Positions 15,480 to 18,054 of a DNA stretch of 18,054 nt are shown here, in pieces. The notes under the pieces are model-generated. The model did no database searches and was not told where the DNA came from. It was given only the letters and a program-made list of their open reading frames with translations. Within the stretch, counting starts at the first letter, position 1; each line of letters begins with the position of its first letter. The stretch is from an uncultured Calditrichota bacterium. GTDB lineage: Bacteria; Calditrichota; Calditrichia; JAJRVZ01. The DNA is taken from contig CAZBBC010000044.1 in the NCBI GenBank assembly GCA_964489835.1, forward strand, positions 11,524-29,577, read 5' to 3'. Made by a program: the position numbers and the translations under genes.

Positions 15480-16303
15480 ATTTTATAATTAGATCTAAGA
15501 TAATCCGCTATTTCGTTTTTCCACTGTTTCTATGGCAAATATTTAGCTCTCACAGTTTTGCTCAAATATTGAATGTCGATAGAATTAAAACCGGCAAAGA
15601 CAGTACCACCGATCAAAATCTATATGCTATTGTTAATCTGGGATTAGATATAACTCAAGAAGATAAGCGGGTGATTAATCTTAAAACAAGTGTGGACCTC
15701 TCATATCTGTTTCAAAAAAATGTAATTATTTTACTGGCACAGTATGATGTAACCAGTGCTAAGAATGTTAAATTAATTAATGCCGGTTATTCTCATCTAA
15801 GGTTCCGATTTAACCGAGAATCAGATATTCAGCCTGAATTATTTACACAATACCAATGGAACGGGATTCGGGGAATGAAGGCTCGGGTTCTGGCAGGAGC
15901 AAATCTACGTTTTCTATTAGATAAAGACTCGCTCAATGTGTCCTATATTGCCATGGGCCTGATGAATGAATGGGAAACATGGGATTATCGAAACGTACCC
16001 ACAGACAAAATTCCACTGAATCCAAAAGACAAACAGTCCAATTATATTAAACTAAATTGTTATTTTAATCTAACCCGGAAAATTCAAGAAAATGTGGATT
16101 TATCCTTTATTATCTATATACAATCACGACCGAATGCAAATATTATTTATCCACGCATTTCACCTTCCATACAACTCAACCTGGCAGTGTCAAAAAAGTT
16201 ATCCGTATCCTTCATTATGAACGGTATTTATGACAGAAAACCAATTGTACCGATAAGAAATTTTTTTTATGACTTTTCAAGTACTGTTACTATTCAGATA
16301 TAA
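15476..16303 (+). CDS. Predicted outer-membrane beta-barrel protein, DUF481/YdiY-like, with signal peptide
   Basis: 275 aa. The N-terminal signal peptide ends ...SHSFAQ. It is followed by alternating amphipathic beta-strand pattern and a C-terminal aromatic residue pattern. Its start ATG overlaps the corA stop (ATGA). Confidence 0.55.
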   Translation: MNFIIRSKIIRYFVFPLFLWQIFSSHSFAQILNVDRIKTGKDSTTDQNLYAIVNLGLDITQEDKRVINLKTSVDLSYLFQKNVIILLAQYDVTSAKNVKLINAGYSHLRFRFNRESDIQPELFTQYQWNGIRGMKARVLAGANLRFLLDKDSLNVSYIAMGLMNEWETWDYRNVPTDKIPLNPKDKQSNYIKLNCYFNLTRKIQENVDLSFIIYIQSRPNANIIYPRISPSIQLNLAVSKKLSVSFIMNGIYDRKPIVPIRNFFYDFSSTVTIQI

Positions 16304-16363
16304 CTCCAATATAGTCATAATACATTAGATGATAGTAAGATGCCTTTTATGCCCAGTTGTTAG

Positions 16364-16474
16364 AGAGTAAATCAGAAAATCAATATTTCAAAAATGACGG
16401 ATTCCGCCAGAGATTTGGGTAGTAAAAAGAGCTACAGGTCTAAAAGAAAGAATAAAAACAAGAAATCAAAATGA
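16364..16474 (+). pseudogene. Relic or duplicated 3-prime end of a deaD-like helicase gene (RVNQKINISKMTDSARDLGSKKSYRSKRKNKNKKSK*)
   Basis: A 36-codon open frame. Its DNA (16369..16404) is 34/36 identical to deaD 6304..6339. Its translation parallels the deaD C-terminal tail (NQKINISKMTD + K/R-rich tail). Its TGA at 16472-16474 overlaps the ATG of the downstream gene. Confidence 0.5.
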
Positions 16475-18018
16475 GGTGTGCTATGATCCGTAACCTATAC
16501 ACAGCATTTATAATTACTTTCTTTCTGGTGTTCTCAGCTTGGATAGGTTTATTGGCTGGAAAGGGAGAAGAGGCGATCGCCATTGGTACAGCAAGACAGC
16601 TATTCTTCGATGATTTGCTTATTGAGTCCAGCAAAGGTATAACATTTACAATGAATCCTCCATTGCGGACGGGATATATTGTATTAAAAGCAGATGCCCC
16701 CTGGGAGAAGGCACTAAATGGCCAAATAGGCCCATACTGCAGTATGATTAAAGAAGGTAATAAGATTAGGTTATGGTATGACGTTCGATTTGGAGGGACG
16801 GTACAGGTAGCGTATGCCGAATCAATCGATGGTATTCATTTCACCAAACCGATAGTGGGCCGTTATTCTCTAGACGGATCAAAAGAAAACAATATCGTAA
16901 TACCAAACAGAATCGGCGGGAGCTCTGTATGGATAGACCCTAACGCTACACCTAACAAGAAATACAGAAACCAGGTTAAAGGCTATAATGATCCCACATC
17001 CGGAAAACTTTATTGTTACCACTCAGCGGACGGGATCGAGTGGACACTCTGGCAATGTCAGGATATCGGTAACTGTGACACGCAGAGCATTGCATTTTGG
17101 GATAACCGGATCACACGCTATGTCCTTTATACACGAAAGAATCCAAACGCCGGCACACCGGCCAGATCCAGGGTCGTAAGGCGCCTGGAATCGGATGATT
17201 TAGAACATTGGGAGAATGAGGTGATTGTCATGGCAGCTGACAAGATAGATAATGCCACGTATGTATCACCTACCCCGAAACCACCCATCGACTATTATGG
17301 CGCAGCCGTTTTTCGATATCCGGATCTCGAGGGATCGTACGTTATGCTAAGCCAGGCATTCTGGCACTTCAAGAAGCGCAAACCTGAAAATCGATGGGGC
17401 TTAAATGGCAAGAAGGATCCCAGCAAAGGTGAAAGATTAGCCCCAAGTACGATAGATGTTCGTTTAGCCATAAGCCGGGACGGCGTTAAATTTCAGCGCC
17501 TGGGCAGACGTAAACCTTTCCTGAATTTAGGACCCGAAGGGGCTTTCGATTCCAGGCTGGTTTGGGCAATACCGAATCCTGTTATAGTAGATGACGAGAT
17601 ATGGGTATACTACGCCGGAAAAAATACAGACCACGATGGATTTGTAGACCCAAAGGCTTCCGGACCCATGAGCGGTATCGGTTTGGCTGTTATGCGCCTC
17701 GACGGATTCATCTCTGCCGATGCCGATTATACGGGTGGAGAGATTACGACGGGCTTGGTGACATTCGAAGGCAACAGGCTTGAAGTGAACCTCGACACCG
17801 GCGGCGGGGGTTCTTTACAGGTTGAAATACTTGACAAATCTGGTATACCTATTGATGGGTATACACAGGCTGATGCTACCGTCCTGTGTGGAAATTCTGT
17901 AAAAATGGCTGCGAGCTGGAACGAAAATCAAGATGTAAGCAAGCTTTCCGGCTTTCCGGTACGACTTCGCTTTACGATGCGCGATTGCAAGCTCTATGCC
18001 TTTGGCTTCACAAATTGA
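16471..18018 (+). CDS. Secreted or membrane-anchored beta-propeller protein, glycoside-hydrolase-like (GH43/GH32/GH130-clan-like fold). Function unknown
   Basis: 515 aa. N-terminal signal/anchor (LYTAFIITFFLVFSAWIGLLAG). Repeated blade-like segments with W/Y-D motifs (IRLWYDV, YCYHSADGIEWT, IWVYYAG). C-terminal beta-sandwich-like tail. The assignment comes from pattern recognition alone. Confidence 0.5.
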   Translation: MRCAMIRNLYTAFIITFFLVFSAWIGLLAGKGEEAIAIGTARQLFFDDLLIESSKGITFTMNPPLRTGYIVLKADAPWEKALNGQIGPYCSMIKEGNKIRLWYDVRFGGTVQVAYAESIDGIHFTKPIVGRYSLDGSKENNIVIPNRIGGSSVWIDPNATPNKKYRNQVKGYNDPTSGKLYCYHSADGIEWTLWQCQDIGNCDTQSIAFWDNRITRYVLYTRKNPNAGTPARSRVVRRLESDDLEHWENEVIVMAADKIDNATYVSPTPKPPIDYYGAAVFRYPDLEGSYVMLSQAFWHFKKRKPENRWGLNGKKDPSKGERLAPSTIDVRLAISRDGVKFQRLGRRKPFLNLGPEGAFDSRLVWAIPNPVIVDDEIWVYYAGKNTDHDGFVDPKASGPMSGIGLAVMRLDGFISADADYTGGEITTGLVTFEGNRLEVNLDTGGGGSLQVEILDKSGIPIDGYTQADATVLCGNSVKMAASWNENQDVSKLSGFPVRLRFTMRDCKLYAFGFTN

Positions 18019-18054
18019 ATAACACACGGTAAAGAGAATACAATCACAGGAGAT

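Noticed and set aside
1-18054. Looked for CRISPR arrays, tRNA/rRNA genes, IS elements, integrase/transposase genes, and toxin–antitoxin pairs
   Set aside because: I found none of the following:
- periodic direct repeats with spacers;
- tRNA-like GC-rich ~75-nt segments;
- ORFs with DDE or tyrosine/serine-recombinase signatures;
- small adjacent gene pairs resembling TA modules.

Overview
The window looks like 18 kb of a low-to-moderate-GC bacterial chromosome. It is densely coding, with no rRNA, tRNA, CRISPR array, transposase or integrase that I can recognise.

The left third (220..4203) is a tight minus-strand operon of four genes:
- an N- and C-terminally membrane-anchored octaheme c-type cytochrome, with eight CxxCH motifs and an OTR/ONR-like layout;
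- a PF01292-type di-heme cytochrome b membrane subunit;
- a YeeE/YedE (TsuA-like) thiosulfate-transporter fold encoded as two half-genes;
- a rhodanese-like domain, apparently lacking the catalytic Cys, fused to the second half-gene.
I flag this as a candidate, apparently uncharacterised, sulfur-compound redox/transport module.

An AT-rich divergent promoter region (4204..4683) separates it from a long run of plus-strand genes:
- DEAD-box helicase DeaD/CsdA with DbpA tail
- GGDEF diguanylate cyclase
- SPFH/band-7 protein
- type-II NADH dehydrogenase (TTG start)
- DHA2-family MFS exporter
- DUF1003 membrane protein with an N-terminal CxxC extension
- a truncated outer-membrane beta-barrel-like ORF
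- DUF2231-like membrane protein
- MscS channel
- CorA, whose conserved GMN motif reads GTN
- a DUF481/YdiY-like outer-membrane protein, translationally coupled to corA
- a secreted beta-propeller glycoside-hydrolase-like protein

The most unexpected sequence-level observation is a second, diverged copy of the last ~35 codons of deaD, including a 36-bp stretch that is 34/36 identical. It lies about 10 kb downstream (16364..16474), in the same orientation, and ends in an ATGA overlap with the next gene. This brackets the 6.4–16.4 kb segment with direct repeats, as a rearrangement or integration scar would.

All functional calls come from motif recognition by eye. No database searches were run.
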